A DNA stretch of 64,000 nucleotides from Bacteroidota bacterium (GTDB taxonomy: Bacteria > Bacteroidota > Bacteroidia > Chitinophagales > JADIYW01): the NCBI GenBank assembly GCA_020436225.1, contig JAGQYE010000007.1, positions 24,385 to 88,384 on the forward strand, read 5' to 3'. The translations under genes and the position numbers were made by a program. The notes under the pieces are model-generated. The model did not search any database. It was not told the DNA's origin and worked only from the letters and a program-made list of their open reading frames with translations. Shown here in pieces: positions 53,856-63,649 of this stretch (position 1 is the stretch's first letter; each line of letters opens with the position of its first letter).

Positions 53856-55286
53856 TTATAGTTCTATCTTTTTTCCTTGATAAAAATCCAACAACTTGCT
53901 GTTGAATAAATATTCATATTTTGCTTGAGTGAGTTTTGAAATAGCATTATCCAAAGAAGTTTTAGCAACATTTAATTCTAATTGACCAATGCTACCTAAA
54001 TCCAAACGTTCTTTAGCGTATTCGTAAGATTTTTTTGAAGTTTCATAATTCTTTTTTGCTGCATTATAATTATTAATGGCTGCTTGTGCTTTTAAGTAAG
54101 CTTGCTGCACAGAATTAAATAAATCTAATGCCGTTTGCTTTTGATTCAATAATGCATTTTGATATTGTAATTTTGATTGTTTAACTGCAGTTTGTGTCTG
54201 AAATTTGTCAAAAATGGGAATATTCAAAGATAATCCAAAAGCATAACTCAGGTTTCTTCTAAGTTGATTACCGTAAGGATTTTTCTTAATTTCTGTAATG
54301 GTTTCCGGAATTAAAACTTGTTGAAAAGTTCCATCTACAAAAGCACCCGAAGGAATAAAAGTTCCGGTAGTTATGGTGTTGGTAATTTTGTTTTGATTGG
54401 TGAAAAATGTATTGATATTTCCTACAAAATTTAAAGTTGGATAATAACCACTTTTGGCAATGGCAATTTGTTTTTTGGCACTTTCTGCTTTTAATCCTAT
54501 ACTTTTAATTTCAGGTCGAAGTTGTAATGCAGAATTATAAATAGATTGCACATCATCTAAAGTTGTTATAGCAAAATCGGTTGGTAATTCAGGAATTTTG
54601 ATTGTTATATTTTTGTTGGGCTCTAATTGCAACAATAATTTCAAATTCAGATAAGATAAATCCAACTGATTTTTAATTTGCTCAATCGATAATTCTTCAT
54701 TGGCAAGTTGTGCATCAATATCCAGCAATGCATTTTCTGCTGCTGCACCTTCTTTAATTAATGCTTGTGTTCGTTCATATTGTTCCTTCGTAATTGAATA
54801 TTGATTGAGTGCTTGTTGATGTTGTTCGTTGGCATTCATAATATTTAGAAAGGCTGTTAAAAGTTGTAGAATAACATTATTCTTCAGCGTTTCTTGATCT
54901 AACTTTAATGCTTGCAAATCCAGTTTGCTTTTCTTAACCGAATTGGGTGTATATAATCCATCAAAAATTGGTTGAGATACATTCAAAGCATAATCTTGAT
55001 AATGCACTATTTGTTGCTCATAGTTAGTAGTAAAGTAATTAAAACTATTTCCAATGCTAACATTATAATTTGAACGTGCATTGATGCTTGGCGAATAATT
55101 CATCTTATTCGATTTCAAAGTCGTTTCTCCTAAGGAAACATTAATATTAGATTGTTGTATTTGGATATTGTTTTCCGTTGCATAATCAATACATTTTTGC
55201 CAATCCCAAACTTCTTGTGCATTCAAATATGAAGAGCAAAAAATGATGATAAAAAAACAAAAAAACGGACGTACGAATTGTTTCAT
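53856..55286 (-). CDS. TolC-family outer membrane efflux protein
   Basis: 476 aa with a signal peptide and the duplicated coiled-coil/beta-barrel repeat structure typical of TolC/OEP proteins. Confidence 0.88.
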   Translation of the reverse strand: MKQFVRPFFCFFIIIFCSSYLNAQEVWDWQKCIDYATENNIQIQQSNINVSLGETTLKSNKMNYSPSINARSNYNVSIGNSFNYFTTNYEQQIVHYQDYALNVSQPIFDGLYTPNSVKKSKLDLQALKLDQETLKNNVILQLLTAFLNIMNANEQHQQALNQYSITKEQYERTQALIKEGAAAENALLDIDAQLANEELSIEQIKNQLDLSYLNLKLLLQLEPNKNITIKIPELPTDFAITTLDDVQSIYNSALQLRPEIKSIGLKAESAKKQIAIAKSGYYPTLNFVGNINTFFTNQNKITNTITTGTFIPSGAFVDGTFQQVLIPETITEIKKNPYGNQLRRNLSYAFGLSLNIPIFDKFQTQTAVKQSKLQYQNALLNQKQTALDLFNSVQQAYLKAQAAINNYNAAKKNYETSKKSYEYAKERLDLGSIGQLELNVAKTSLDNAISKLTQAKYEYLFNSKLLDFYQGKKIEL

Positions 55287-55414
55287 AAATTATGAATTTT
55301 CAATAACATAGAAAGTAATGCATAAGCAATAATTCTATTTCGGCATAAAAGTACATTTAAAAGTTTTATCTTCAATCAAAAATAATAACAAAGTTGGATA
55401 AGCATATCATTTTC

Positions 55415-55813
55415 ATGAAAGAAGCACTGAAATTGGCTCAACTTGCTTTTAGCGAAGATGAAGTTCCGGTTGGCGCCATTGTTGTTTTAGAAGATAAAAT
55501 TATTGGCAAAGGATACAATCAAGTAGAAAAACTAAATGACCCTACTGCGCACGCTGAAATTCTTGCTATTACGGCTGCTTGTAATTTTTTAGGAAGTAAA
55601 TATTTAGACAAATGCACACTTTACGTTACGTTAGAGCCTTGTATGATGTGTGTTGGTGCTATTAGAGAAGCGCAAATTAATAAAGTTGTTTTTGCAGCAC
55701 AAGATACAACTCATAAAAAGCAACAACCGAATTTATTCGAAACAGAAAGTGGCATTTTAGAAGAAGAATCAGCCAACTTAATTAAGACTTTTTTCAAGAA
55801 GAAGAGAATATGA
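55415..55813 (+). CDS. tadA: tRNA-specific adenosine deaminase
   Basis: Carries CDA zinc motifs HAE (AHAEILAI) and PCxxC (EPCMMC). The ATG at 55415 (MKEALKLA) is preferred over the TTG at 55394. Confidence 0.88.
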   Translation: MKEALKLAQLAFSEDEVPVGAIVVLEDKIIGKGYNQVEKLNDPTAHAEILAITAACNFLGSKYLDKCTLYVTLEPCMMCVGAIREAQINKVVFAAQDTTHKKQQPNLFETESGILEEESANLIKTFFKKKRI

Positions 55814-55900
55814 AATAATTCGCTAATTTGATAATTTGGTGAGTTGATGATTACAGCCATTAACAAAATATTGTATTTATTTTATTGATAATAATTTTAA

Positions 55901-55908
55901 TATCTTTG
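55901..55908 (+). promoter_or_regulatory. Candidate -7 box (TATCTTTG) for the small lipoprotein gene, 4 nt from the ATG
   Basis: Exact TAnnTTTG match. The sequence reads TATCTTTG-attt-ATG. Confidence 0.45.
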
Positions 55909-55912
55909 ATTT

Positions 55913-56206
55913 ATGAAAAAATACTACTTCATCATACCAATTATACTTATAGTATTTGCTTGCACTAAATATGGTCTTACTCCTGAGCAACGCAAAGATG
56001 GTTGTATTGATTGCATAGTTCAAACAGAAAGTACTGTTATAGCAACTCAACAAAAAGAAGTAACACAAATGGATTATGCAACTTGGAATTCATTAACTAA
56101 TAGAACGGATTGGTGTAAATACATTGGCACAATAAATAACAGCCAAATAGTTGTGGATACCGGCGTGGCAAAAAAGATTCTAAAATTTACGTTGATTTGT
56201 AATTAA
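55913..56206 (+). CDS. Hypothetical small lipoprotein
   Basis: 97 aa with a lipobox-like IVFAC after a hydrophobic N-terminus. No recognisable domain. Confidence 0.45.
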   Translation: MKKYYFIIPIILIVFACTKYGLTPEQRKDGCIDCIVQTESTVIATQQKEVTQMDYATWNSLTNRTDWCKYIGTINNSQIVVDTGVAKKILKFTLICN

Positions 56207-56235
56207 GTATCGAACCTAACAAGAAAATAAAAAAA

Positions 56236-56331
56236 GGCAAGTTACTTACAGCGCACCGCTCAACCAACTACCTTTGCTGCCTTCCGACCCTGGAGGATTT
56301 GTCAGGAGCTGGTCGTATAAGACTTGCCCGA
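56236..56331 (-). ncRNA. ffs: Signal recognition particle RNA (small bacterial type, 4.5S-like)
   Basis: The minus strand reads GGGCAAGUC...CCAGGGUCGGAAGGCAGCAAAGG...AACUUGCC followed by U7. The CAGG-UC-GGAAGG-CAGC core matches conserved SRP RNA domain IV (E. coli CAGGUCCGGAAGGAAGCAGC). The 5' GGCAAGU pairs with the 3' ACUUGCC, and a -7 box lies 5 nt upstream. End coordinates are accurate to within a few nt. Confidence 0.85.
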
Positions 56332-56334
56332 CCA

Positions 56335-56342
56335 CAAAGATA
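56335..56342 (-). promoter_or_regulatory. -7 box (TATCTTTG) of the SRP RNA gene
   Basis: Exact TAnnTTTG match on the minus strand, 5 nt upstream of the first nucleotide of the SRP RNA closing helix. Confidence 0.55.
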
Positions 56343-56401
56343 ACATTTTTAAAAGCATTTCAAATTTAAAAATAAGGTTAAATAAACAGCCTCACATTTT
56401 T

Positions 56402-56409
56402 TACTTTTG
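56402..56409 (+). promoter_or_regulatory. Candidate -7 box (TACTTTTG) for the carboxyltransferase gene
   Basis: Exact TAnnTTTG match 32 nt upstream of the ATG at 56442. Confidence 0.35.
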
Positions 56410-56441
56410 CTATTCCATTTTTTACTTCTTACTTTTATAAC

Positions 56442-58064
56442 ATGACAGATATCGAATTTAATAAGAATGAAGATAGTATGCGCTTGGCAATAGATGAGTT
56501 GAAAGCAAAACTTCAAAAAGTATATCTTGGCGGCGGACAAAAAAAAATAGATAGCGAACATAAAAAAGGTAAACTCACAGCACGCGAACGCATCGAGTAC
56601 CTTTTAGATAAAAATACGGATAGCATAGAAATTGGTGCATTAGTCGGCGACGACATGTATCTCGAACAAGGTGGTTGTCCAAGTGGTGGCGTGGTGGTGG
56701 TAATTGGTTATATTTCCGGTAGGCAATGTATGGTAGTTGCCAACGATGCCACAGTAAAAGCCGGTGCTTGGTTTCCTATTACAGGTAAAAAAAATCTACG
56801 CGCACAAGAAATTGCTATCGAAAATAAATTGCCTGTTATTTATTTAGTAGATAGTGCCGGCGTTTTCTTGCCCATGCAAGATGAAATTTTTCCTGATAAA
56901 GAAAATTTCGGTCGCATTTTTAGAAACAACGCCAAAATGTCGTCTATGGGCATTCCACAAATTGCTGCCATTATGGGAAGTTGCGTTGCAGGCGGTGCTT
57001 ATTTGCCCATTATGAGCGATGAAAGTTTAATTGTTGATGGAACAGGAAGTATCTTTCTTGCCGGTCCGTATTTAGTGAAAGCAGCTATCGGCGAAACTGT
57101 AGATGCTGAAACTTTGGGTGGCGCAACAGCACAAACTGCAGTAAGTGGCGTTTGCGATTATAAAGTGAAAGACGATAAAGAATGTTTAGATACAATTAAA
57201 AAATTAGTGCAACATTTTGGCGCTTTTGATAATGCCGGATTTGATAGAATTAAATCGAAAAAACCAAAACTCAACGAGAAAGAAATTTATGGCATTTTCT
57301 CTTCTACTAAACCTTATGATGTTACTGAAGTTATAAAACGCTTGGTTGATAATTCTGATTTTACTGAATACAAAGAAGATTACGGAAAAACTATAGTTTG
57401 CGGTTATGCGCGCATGGATGGTTGGAGTGTCGGCATTGTGGCTAACCAACGTTCTGTCGTAAAAAGTGCCAAAGGCGAAGTGCAAATTGGCGGTGTTATT
57501 TATTCCGATTCTGCCGATAAAGCTGCACGTTTTGTTATGCTTTGTAATCAGAAAAAAATTCCATTAGTTTTCTTGCAAGATGTAACCGGATTTATGGTAG
57601 GCAGCCGAAGTGAAAATGGTGGCATCATTAAAGATGGTGCAAAATTAGTTAATGCCGTTTCCAATTCCACTGTCCCGAAATTTACGATTGTAACCGGCAA
57701 TTCGTATGGCGCCGGAAATTATGCGATGTGTGGTAAAGCTTATGACCCACGATTGATGTTGGCATGGCCAAGTGCAAAAATTGCTGTAATGGGTGGCGAA
57801 CAAGCATCAAAAGTAATTTTGCAAATACAAGAATCTTCAATAAAAGCAAAAGGTCAAAGTTTGACAGATGAAGAACGCAACAAAATACTAAACGACATAA
57901 AATCTCGTTATGAGAAAACAACTACAGCATATTATGCCGCAGCAAGACTTTGGGTAGATGCCGTTATCGATCCTTTGGAAACCAGAAAATGGATTTCAAA
58001 AGGAATTGAAGCAGCCAACAATGCTCCGGTTGAAAAATTTAATGTCGGTGTTATTCAAGCTTAA
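56442..58064 (+). CDS. Acyl-CoA carboxylase carboxyltransferase (beta) subunit, methylcrotonyl/propionyl-CoA type
   Basis: 540 aa with the two-domain crotonase-like carboxyltransferase sequence (GKLTARERI, DSAGVFLP, GSCVAGGAY, GNSYGAGNYAM). Confidence 0.88.
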   Translation: MTDIEFNKNEDSMRLAIDELKAKLQKVYLGGGQKKIDSEHKKGKLTARERIEYLLDKNTDSIEIGALVGDDMYLEQGGCPSGGVVVVIGYISGRQCMVVANDATVKAGAWFPITGKKNLRAQEIAIENKLPVIYLVDSAGVFLPMQDEIFPDKENFGRIFRNNAKMSSMGIPQIAAIMGSCVAGGAYLPIMSDESLIVDGTGSIFLAGPYLVKAAIGETVDAETLGGATAQTAVSGVCDYKVKDDKECLDTIKKLVQHFGAFDNAGFDRIKSKKPKLNEKEIYGIFSSTKPYDVTEVIKRLVDNSDFTEYKEDYGKTIVCGYARMDGWSVGIVANQRSVVKSAKGEVQIGGVIYSDSADKAARFVMLCNQKKIPLVFLQDVTGFMVGSRSENGGIIKDGAKLVNAVSNSTVPKFTIVTGNSYGAGNYAMCGKAYDPRLMLAWPSAKIAVMGGEQASKVILQIQESSIKAKGQSLTDEERNKILNDIKSRYEKTTTAYYAAARLWVDAVIDPLETRKWISKGIEAANNAPVEKFNVGVIQA

Positions 58065-58088
58065 GATTAAATAAATAAGTAAATAAAA

Positions 58089-58541
58089 ATGAACAAAAAA
58101 ATTTTAGGATTCGCCATAATCGTATTATTGGCATTTGCATGTAAAAAAGAAAAAACAGACCAAGCAGCCATCGACAAAGCAATTTTATTGCAATATATTG
58201 CCGACAGTAGCTTAACCGTTGATTCATCAACTTCAGGTTTATATTATAGTATAGCAGATACCGGAACTGGGCTTTCACCTAATTCAAGTTCTTATGTTAC
58301 TGTTCATTATAAAGGTTATTTCACCAATGGTACAATTTTCGACCAATCATCCGGAACTCCTATTAAAGGCTTCCTAACAAGTTTTATTGCAGGTTGGCAA
58401 GAAGGTCTTCCTAAAATAAAGAAAGGTGGCAAGATAAAATTACTTATTCCATCTGCTTTAGCTTATGGAGAAAATGGTAATTCTGCAATTCCGGGAAATA
58501 CAGTACTAATCTTTGATGTTGAATTGTTGAATGTAGAATAA
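58089..58541 (+). CDS. FKBP-type peptidyl-prolyl isomerase lipoprotein
   Basis: 150 aa with a lipobox (LAFAC) and an FKBP core (VTVHYKGYFTNGTIFDQS, AYGENG, LIFDVELL). Confidence 0.9.
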   Translation: MNKKILGFAIIVLLAFACKKEKTDQAAIDKAILLQYIADSSLTVDSSTSGLYYSIADTGTGLSPNSSSYVTVHYKGYFTNGTIFDQSSGTPIKGFLTSFIAGWQEGLPKIKKGGKIKLLIPSALAYGENGNSAIPGNTVLIFDVELLNVE

Positions 58542-58548
58542 AAATATT

Positions 58549-59223
58549 CTACAAAGATTTCTCTTTTATCATCGCTTTTTCAGATTGCGCATTAAAGAAA
58601 TGTGCATAATATTTGTGTAACAACATCACAAACATATCGTGTGGTACATCGTGGAATGAACCATAATCTTTTAGGTATTCCATAAATTCGCCACCATTTT
58701 TATCATATTGTTGGAAAATAGAATCGTGTTTACCATCAAACTCTAATGGAGCAACTCCTAAATAATCACAAAGTTCTTTATTAAATGCAGGCGTTGCTTT
58801 CCACCATTCGCCATCTAAATAAATATCTGTACAAGCATGAAAAACCAATACATCAGTATGCAAAATTTCCACTAATTTTTCAACACCAATATGATTGCGA
58901 ACATCAAAAAAACAAAGTCGTGCAGGAATATTCGCAGCACGCAAACAGGCTGCTAACAAACAAGCTTTTTCAATACAATAAGCTTCTTTATTTTGTCTAT
59001 TAAAAATGGAGCTCGCTTTCATGGCTTTGTGGTGCAAATCGATATTGTAAGGATTATAACGCCAACCATCTCTAACAGCATAATATAATTTAATGGCAAT
59101 TTTAGTTTTGTCCACTTCATTACCAATTGTATTCTTCACAAAACGTTTAATATCCGGATGATTACTTTCTATAAAAAAAGTTGGCTCGAGATATAAATCA
59201 ATACCCAATTCTGCATTCTTCAT
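58549..59223 (-). CDS. Transglutaminase-like family protein
   Basis: 224 aa with a transglutaminase-core-like Cys region (EAYCIEKACLLAACLRAANIPAR) and downstream His/Asp residues. Confidence 0.65.
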   Translation of the reverse strand: MKNAELGIDLYLEPTFFIESNHPDIKRFVKNTIGNEVDKTKIAIKLYYAVRDGWRYNPYNIDLHHKAMKASSIFNRQNKEAYCIEKACLLAACLRAANIPARLCFFDVRNHIGVEKLVEILHTDVLVFHACTDIYLDGEWWKATPAFNKELCDYLGVAPLEFDGKHDSIFQQYDKNGGEFMEYLKDYGSFHDVPHDMFVMLLHKYYAHFFNAQSEKAMIKEKSL

Positions 59224-59227
59224 ATCT

Positions 59228-59235
59228 CAAAAGTA
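59228..59235 (-). promoter_or_regulatory. Candidate -7 box (TACTTTTG) for the transglutaminase-like gene, 4 nt from the ATG
   Basis: Exact TAnnTTTG match on the minus strand. The sequence reads TACTTTTG-agat-ATG. Confidence 0.45.
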
Positions 59236-59301
59236 AGCATTACACAAGTTGTTAATAACGAATAAATATTAAGTAATTAAAAAATCATTATTTTCGCCAT
59301 T

Positions 59302-60177
59302 ATGTCAGAAGAATTAGAGCCTAAAACGCCATCCAAACGCAAACCTAATTTTGTTTTTGCCATCATCAGCATTGCCATGATTTTGTTTATCATTGGTTTA
59401 TTTTCTATTGGCGTTTTTTCTGTCCAAAAACAAATCAATCACATTAAAGAAAGTATTCAAATAGACATCAACTTAAAACCAGATGTTTCTGAAAATCAAG
59501 AAAAAGATTTAGCCAATTTCTTGAAAAAACAAGATTACATTTCTAAAGTTACTTTTAAAAGTAAAGAAGAAGCAGCCGCACAATTTGAAAAAGAATTAGG
59601 GCAAAATTTTACGGAAATTTTAGGAAGCAATCCGCTTTACGATGCATATATTGTTAATCTTAAATCGGATTATGCAACACCGGAATTTATTAAAGATATT
59701 AAATCCGAATTTTTAACACATGCCGGCGTGCAAGAAGTATTTTATTCTGAATTAGCATTGAGTACAACCGGTGCCACATTAAAACCGATAACTATCGGAA
59801 TTGTTATTTTAAGTATTATAATGTTAGTTGTTGCATTCTTAGTTATTGACAATACTATTCGCTTAATGATGTATTCTCAACGTTTTTTAATTCGAAGCAT
59901 GCAACTAATTGGTGCCAGCGAATGGTTTATCATCAAACCATTTATTATTAAATCTGTACGTTCCGGAATTATCAGTGCACTTTTAGCAATACTGTGTTTA
60001 GGTGCAATTGTCTATTTAACAATTTATAAGTTTTCTATACCATTGGTAACGCAAGATTTTGTAATTTTGACATCAATAGCAATAGGACTTATCGCATTTG
60101 GAATTTTAATTTCTATCTCGAGTACCTATTTTGCTGTAAACAAATATTTGAAAGTAAAATTAGACGAGCTTTATTAA
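59302..60177 (+). CDS. ftsX: Cell division protein FtsX
   Basis: 291 aa with one TM, a periplasmic domain and three C-terminal TMs. The position upstream of DUF3098-uppP-truB is typical for Bacteroidota ftsX. Confidence 0.8.
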   Translation: MSEELEPKTPSKRKPNFVFAIISIAMILFIIGLFSIGVFSVQKQINHIKESIQIDINLKPDVSENQEKDLANFLKKQDYISKVTFKSKEEAAAQFEKELGQNFTEILGSNPLYDAYIVNLKSDYATPEFIKDIKSEFLTHAGVQEVFYSELALSTTGATLKPITIGIVILSIIMLVVAFLVIDNTIRLMMYSQRFLIRSMQLIGASEWFIIKPFIIKSVRSGIISALLAILCLGAIVYLTIYKFSIPLVTQDFVILTSIAIGLIAFGILISISSTYFAVNKYLKVKLDELY

Positions 60178-60184
60178 AATAGTT

Positions 60185-60538
60185 ATGGCAAAAAATAAAC
60201 CAAAAAGTGTATCTAAACCGATAGCAAAAAGTACAACTTCAGCGAAGAAATCTTCAGTAAGTTCTTCTTCTTGGTTGCCAAATAGTAAAAACAGTACCTT
60301 ATTATTTGATAAAACAAATTATATCATTTTAGGAGTTGGCGCATTGCTTATTGTGCTTGGATATTTGCTAATGATTGGTGGCGGAAGCACTGACCCAAAT
60401 GTATTTAATCCGTCAGAAATTTATTCATTTAGAAGAATAACGCTTGCTCCAATCGTAATTATTATTGGCTTCTTGACTATAGTTGTAGCTATCCTTAAGA
60501 AACCAACTTCTAAAGATGAAGTTTCAAATGTGCAATAA
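60185..60538 (+). CDS. DUF3098 membrane protein
   Basis: 117 aa with a basic N-terminus and two TM segments, in the conserved position between ftsX and uppP. Confidence 0.65.
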   Translation: MAKNKPKSVSKPIAKSTTSAKKSSVSSSSWLPNSKNSTLLFDKTNYIILGVGALLIVLGYLLMIGGGSTDPNVFNPSEIYSFRRITLAPIVIIIGFLTIVVAILKKPTSKDEVSNVQ

Positions 60539-60574
60539 TAATTTGCAACTATCACAATAAATTTCCATTTAATT

Positions 60575-61384
60575 ATGAATATTATTCACGCTATATTCCT
60601 TGCTATTATTGAAGGATTAACCGAGTTTTTGCCTATTTCTTCTACGGCTCACATGATTTTTACCAGTTCCATTTTTGGAATTGAAAAAGACAAATTTGTA
60701 GAAATGTTTCAGGTTTCGATACAATTTGGTGCCATACTTGCCGTAGTGGTTTTATATTGGAAAAAATTCTTCGACTTCAAAAATCTTCAATTTTATTTTA
60801 AGTTAGGTGCAGCTGTAATTCCTGCTTTAATTCTTGGAAAGTTATTTGACGATAAGATAGAAGCCGTTTTAGGCAATCCAATTCCAATTGCCATCGTTTT
60901 AATTTTAGGTGGCATCGTTTTATTATTTATTGATAAAGTTTTTACACAACCTACTATTGAAGATGAAAAAGAAATTCCGTTAAAAACAGCCATTATTATT
61001 GGCTTTTGGCAATGTCTCGCTATGATGCCTGGAACAAGTAGAAGTGCTGCTTCTATTATTGGCGGCATGCAACAAAAACTCAGCAGAAAAGCAGCCGCAG
61101 AATTCTCATTTTTTCTGGCTGTTCCAACCATGTTTGCCGTTACTGCTTATTCTGTTTTCTTAAAAGATTGGGACAATGATATAAAAGGATATGAACTTTT
61201 AATGCAAGGCAATCACTTATTATATTTCTTATTGGGAAATGCAATTGCATTTATCGTTGCCATTCTCGCCATAAAATTTTTCATTGGTGTATTAACTAAA
61301 TACGGCTTTAAACCTTGGGGTTGGTATCGAATAATAATCGGACTAATTTTGTTGATTTATTTCTCATTTTTTCAACATAATTAA
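60575..61384 (+). CDS. uppP: Undecaprenyl-diphosphate phosphatase
   Basis: 269 aa with BacA/UppP motifs (EGLTEFLPISSTAHM, PGTSRSA). Confidence 0.92.
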   Translation: MNIIHAIFLAIIEGLTEFLPISSTAHMIFTSSIFGIEKDKFVEMFQVSIQFGAILAVVVLYWKKFFDFKNLQFYFKLGAAVIPALILGKLFDDKIEAVLGNPIPIAIVLILGGIVLLFIDKVFTQPTIEDEKEIPLKTAIIIGFWQCLAMMPGTSRSAASIIGGMQQKLSRKAAAEFSFFLAVPTMFAVTAYSVFLKDWDNDIKGYELLMQGNHLLYFLLGNAIAFIVAILAIKFFIGVLTKYGFKPWGWYRIIIGLILLIYFSFFQHN

Positions 61385-61405
61385 ATCAACATTTTTTCAG
61401 CATAA

Positions 61406-62092
61406 ATGACATTAGAAATTTTACAAGAAGGCATTGTAATCTTAATTGATAAACCATTAGACTGGACAAGTTTTGATGTGGTCAATAAAATAAAATTTGC
61501 TTTAAAAAAGAAATTCGGCAACATAAAAATCGGACATACCGGCACTTTAGACCCAAAAGCAACGGGCTTGCTTATTTTATGCACAGGAAAAAAAACAAAA
61601 GCTATAGAAAGCATTCAAAATGCCGATAAAGTCTATACAGGAACTTTTTATTTTGGTGCTACAACACCTTGCTACGACACCGAAAAACCCATCGCCCAAC
61701 ACTTTGATATTTCAGCAATTACAAATGAACAATTACATAAAAATGCTGAAAGTTTCTTGGGCGAACAAGAGCAATTTCCACCGGCACATTCGGCTGTAAA
61801 AATTGACGGAAAACGCGCATATGAATTAGCACGCGCCGGAAAAGAAGTCAACATAAAATCAAAAAAAATAAACATAAAAAAGTTTGAGTTGACAAACATC
61901 CAACTTCCTTACATCGATTTTTATGTAGAATGTACCAAAGGCACTTATATCAGAAGTTTAGCAAACGATTTTGGTGCAAGGCTCAATAATGGCGCGTTTT
62001 TATATCATCTTAGACGAACAAAAATTGGAAATTATACGATAGAAAATGCCGAAACTATTGAGCAATTCCTGGAAAAAATCGTAACATTATAA
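61406..62092 (+). CDS. truB: tRNA pseudouridine(55) synthase
   Basis: 228 aa with the catalytic GHTGTLDP motif and YIRSL. Confidence 0.92.
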   Translation: MTLEILQEGIVILIDKPLDWTSFDVVNKIKFALKKKFGNIKIGHTGTLDPKATGLLILCTGKKTKAIESIQNADKVYTGTFYFGATTPCYDTEKPIAQHFDISAITNEQLHKNAESFLGEQEQFPPAHSAVKIDGKRAYELARAGKEVNIKSKKINIKKFELTNIQLPYIDFYVECTKGTYIRSLANDFGARLNNGAFLYHLRRTKIGNYTIENAETIEQFLEKIVTL

Positions 62093-62103
62093 TTTATTTA
62101 AAT

Positions 62104-63036
62104 ATGCAGGTTCACAAAGGCATACATCATCTTCCAACATTCAAAAATGCGGTGCTTACTATTGGTACGTACGATGGCGTTCATTTCGGACATCAACAAA
62201 TTATAAAACGCATCAACGATATTGCAAAGGAAATAAACGGTGAAAGTGTGATGCTTACTTTCGACCCGCATCCACGATTAATTTTAAATCCGAACGACAA
62301 CAAATTAAAGCTCATTTCTACCATTGATGAGAAAGAAGAATTGTTGGAAAAATTTGGATTAGATCATTTAGTTATTGTAGAATTTTCCAAAGATTTCGCC
62401 TCAACTGAAGCAGAAGAATATGTCGAAAATATTCTTATAAAAAAATTTCATCCAAGAAAAATTGTCATCGGCTACGATCATCGTTTTGGGAAAGACAGAA
62501 AAGGAAATATCGAGCTTTTGCGCGTACTTTCATCTAAATATAATTACGAAGTAGAAGAAATTCCGGCTCAAACTTTAGATGAAATTTCTGTAAGCTCCAC
62601 CAAAGTGCGAAACGCTTTATTAGAAGGCAATATCAAACACGCCAACGAGTTTTTAGCACATCCGTTTACCATAAAAGGCAAAGTAGTACACGGCGATAAA
62701 ATTGGTAGAGTGTTAGGTTTTCCAACTGCCAACATCGAAGTTTCTAATCCGCATAAATTAATTCCAGCTTCAGGTGTGTATGCGGTCAAGATAAAAATTA
62801 AAGATAAATTTTACAAAGGTGCGTTGAGTATCGGTTATCGCGAAACTGTTTTTGACAATAGTCATTTGACGATAGAAGTTTTTATTTTGGATTTTGATGG
62901 CGATTTATACAACCAAGAATTAGACATGATTTTTGTTGATTACATTCGACCACAAATCAAATACGAAAATTGGGATTTATTGAAAGCGCAAATAGAAAAA
63001 GACGTTCAAGCGGTTCGTACTGCTATCCAACTTTGA
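62104..63036 (+). CDS. ribF: Bifunctional riboflavin kinase / FAD synthetase
   Basis: 310 aa with an N-terminal FMN adenylyltransferase domain (GTYDGVHFGHQ) and a C-terminal riboflavin kinase domain (GFPTAN, E at IEVFILDF). Confidence 0.92.
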   Translation: MQVHKGIHHLPTFKNAVLTIGTYDGVHFGHQQIIKRINDIAKEINGESVMLTFDPHPRLILNPNDNKLKLISTIDEKEELLEKFGLDHLVIVEFSKDFASTEAEEYVENILIKKFHPRKIVIGYDHRFGKDRKGNIELLRVLSSKYNYEVEEIPAQTLDEISVSSTKVRNALLEGNIKHANEFLAHPFTIKGKVVHGDKIGRVLGFPTANIEVSNPHKLIPASGVYAVKIKIKDKFYKGALSIGYRETVFDNSHLTIEVFILDFDGDLYNQELDMIFVDYIRPQIKYENWDLLKAQIEKDVQAVRTAIQL

Positions 63037-63067
63037 TTTTTTTTGTACCTTGTATAAAACCGAACCT

Positions 63068-63649
63068 ATGTTAGGTATCCAAACATCTGTAACATGTCCT
63101 TGGTGTGGCACTTATTACGCAATACATCCAACCACAACAAACTGCAAAAACTGTGGTGGAATTTTACCTAAAGGAAACAGCAAAGAATTAGGCGAAAAAC
63201 CAAGTTTGCCACCTCGACAATTACCCAAAAAATTCAAACAAAAAGTAATGCTTTGGAAGAATACAAAAGCATTCATCGGATTTATCTTTATTATAGTAGG
63301 CATTCCTACTATTCTTGCATTTGGGTTTGGATTAATCTTTTGTATTCTTGGATATTTTCTTTTTAAAAGTGGAAGAGCCGAAGGTAAAGAAAAAATTATG
63401 GCATTAGAAAATGGCATCGCTACGGAAGGCGAAATCTTAGATGTCAGCTTTGATACTTCAGAATCTATAAATGGAAGAAATCCTTATCAAATACGATATA
63501 TTTTTGCTGATAAGAACGGGCAACAACAAATGGATACAGTAAAAAGTTGGGACGACAATAATGCTTTTCGAGAAAAAGGTGATAAAATTTGGGTGGTTTA
63601 TGTACCCGAAAATCCGCAACAAAGTTCGCCTTGGCCACCAATGGTTTAA
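63068..63649 (+). CDS. Zinc-ribbon plus DUF3592-like membrane protein
   Basis: Two CxxC pairs (CPWCG and CKNCGG) are followed by two TM helices and a C-terminal DUF3592-like beta domain. The ATG at 63068 is preferred over the TTG at 63050. Confidence 0.55.
   Translation: MLGIQTSVTCPWCGTYYAIHPTTTNCKNCGGILPKGNSKELGEKPSLPPRQLPKKFKQKVMLWKNTKAFIGFIFIIVGIPTILAFGFGLIFCILGYFLFKSGRAEGKEKIMALENGIATEGEILDVSFDTSESINGRNPYQIRYIFADKNGQQQMDTVKSWDDNNAFREKGDKIWVVYVPENPQQSSPWPPMV

Noticed and set aside
56221-56235. A-rich tract after the small lipoprotein gene as an independent feature
   Set aside because: It is the complement of the U-tract terminating the minus-strand SRP RNA.
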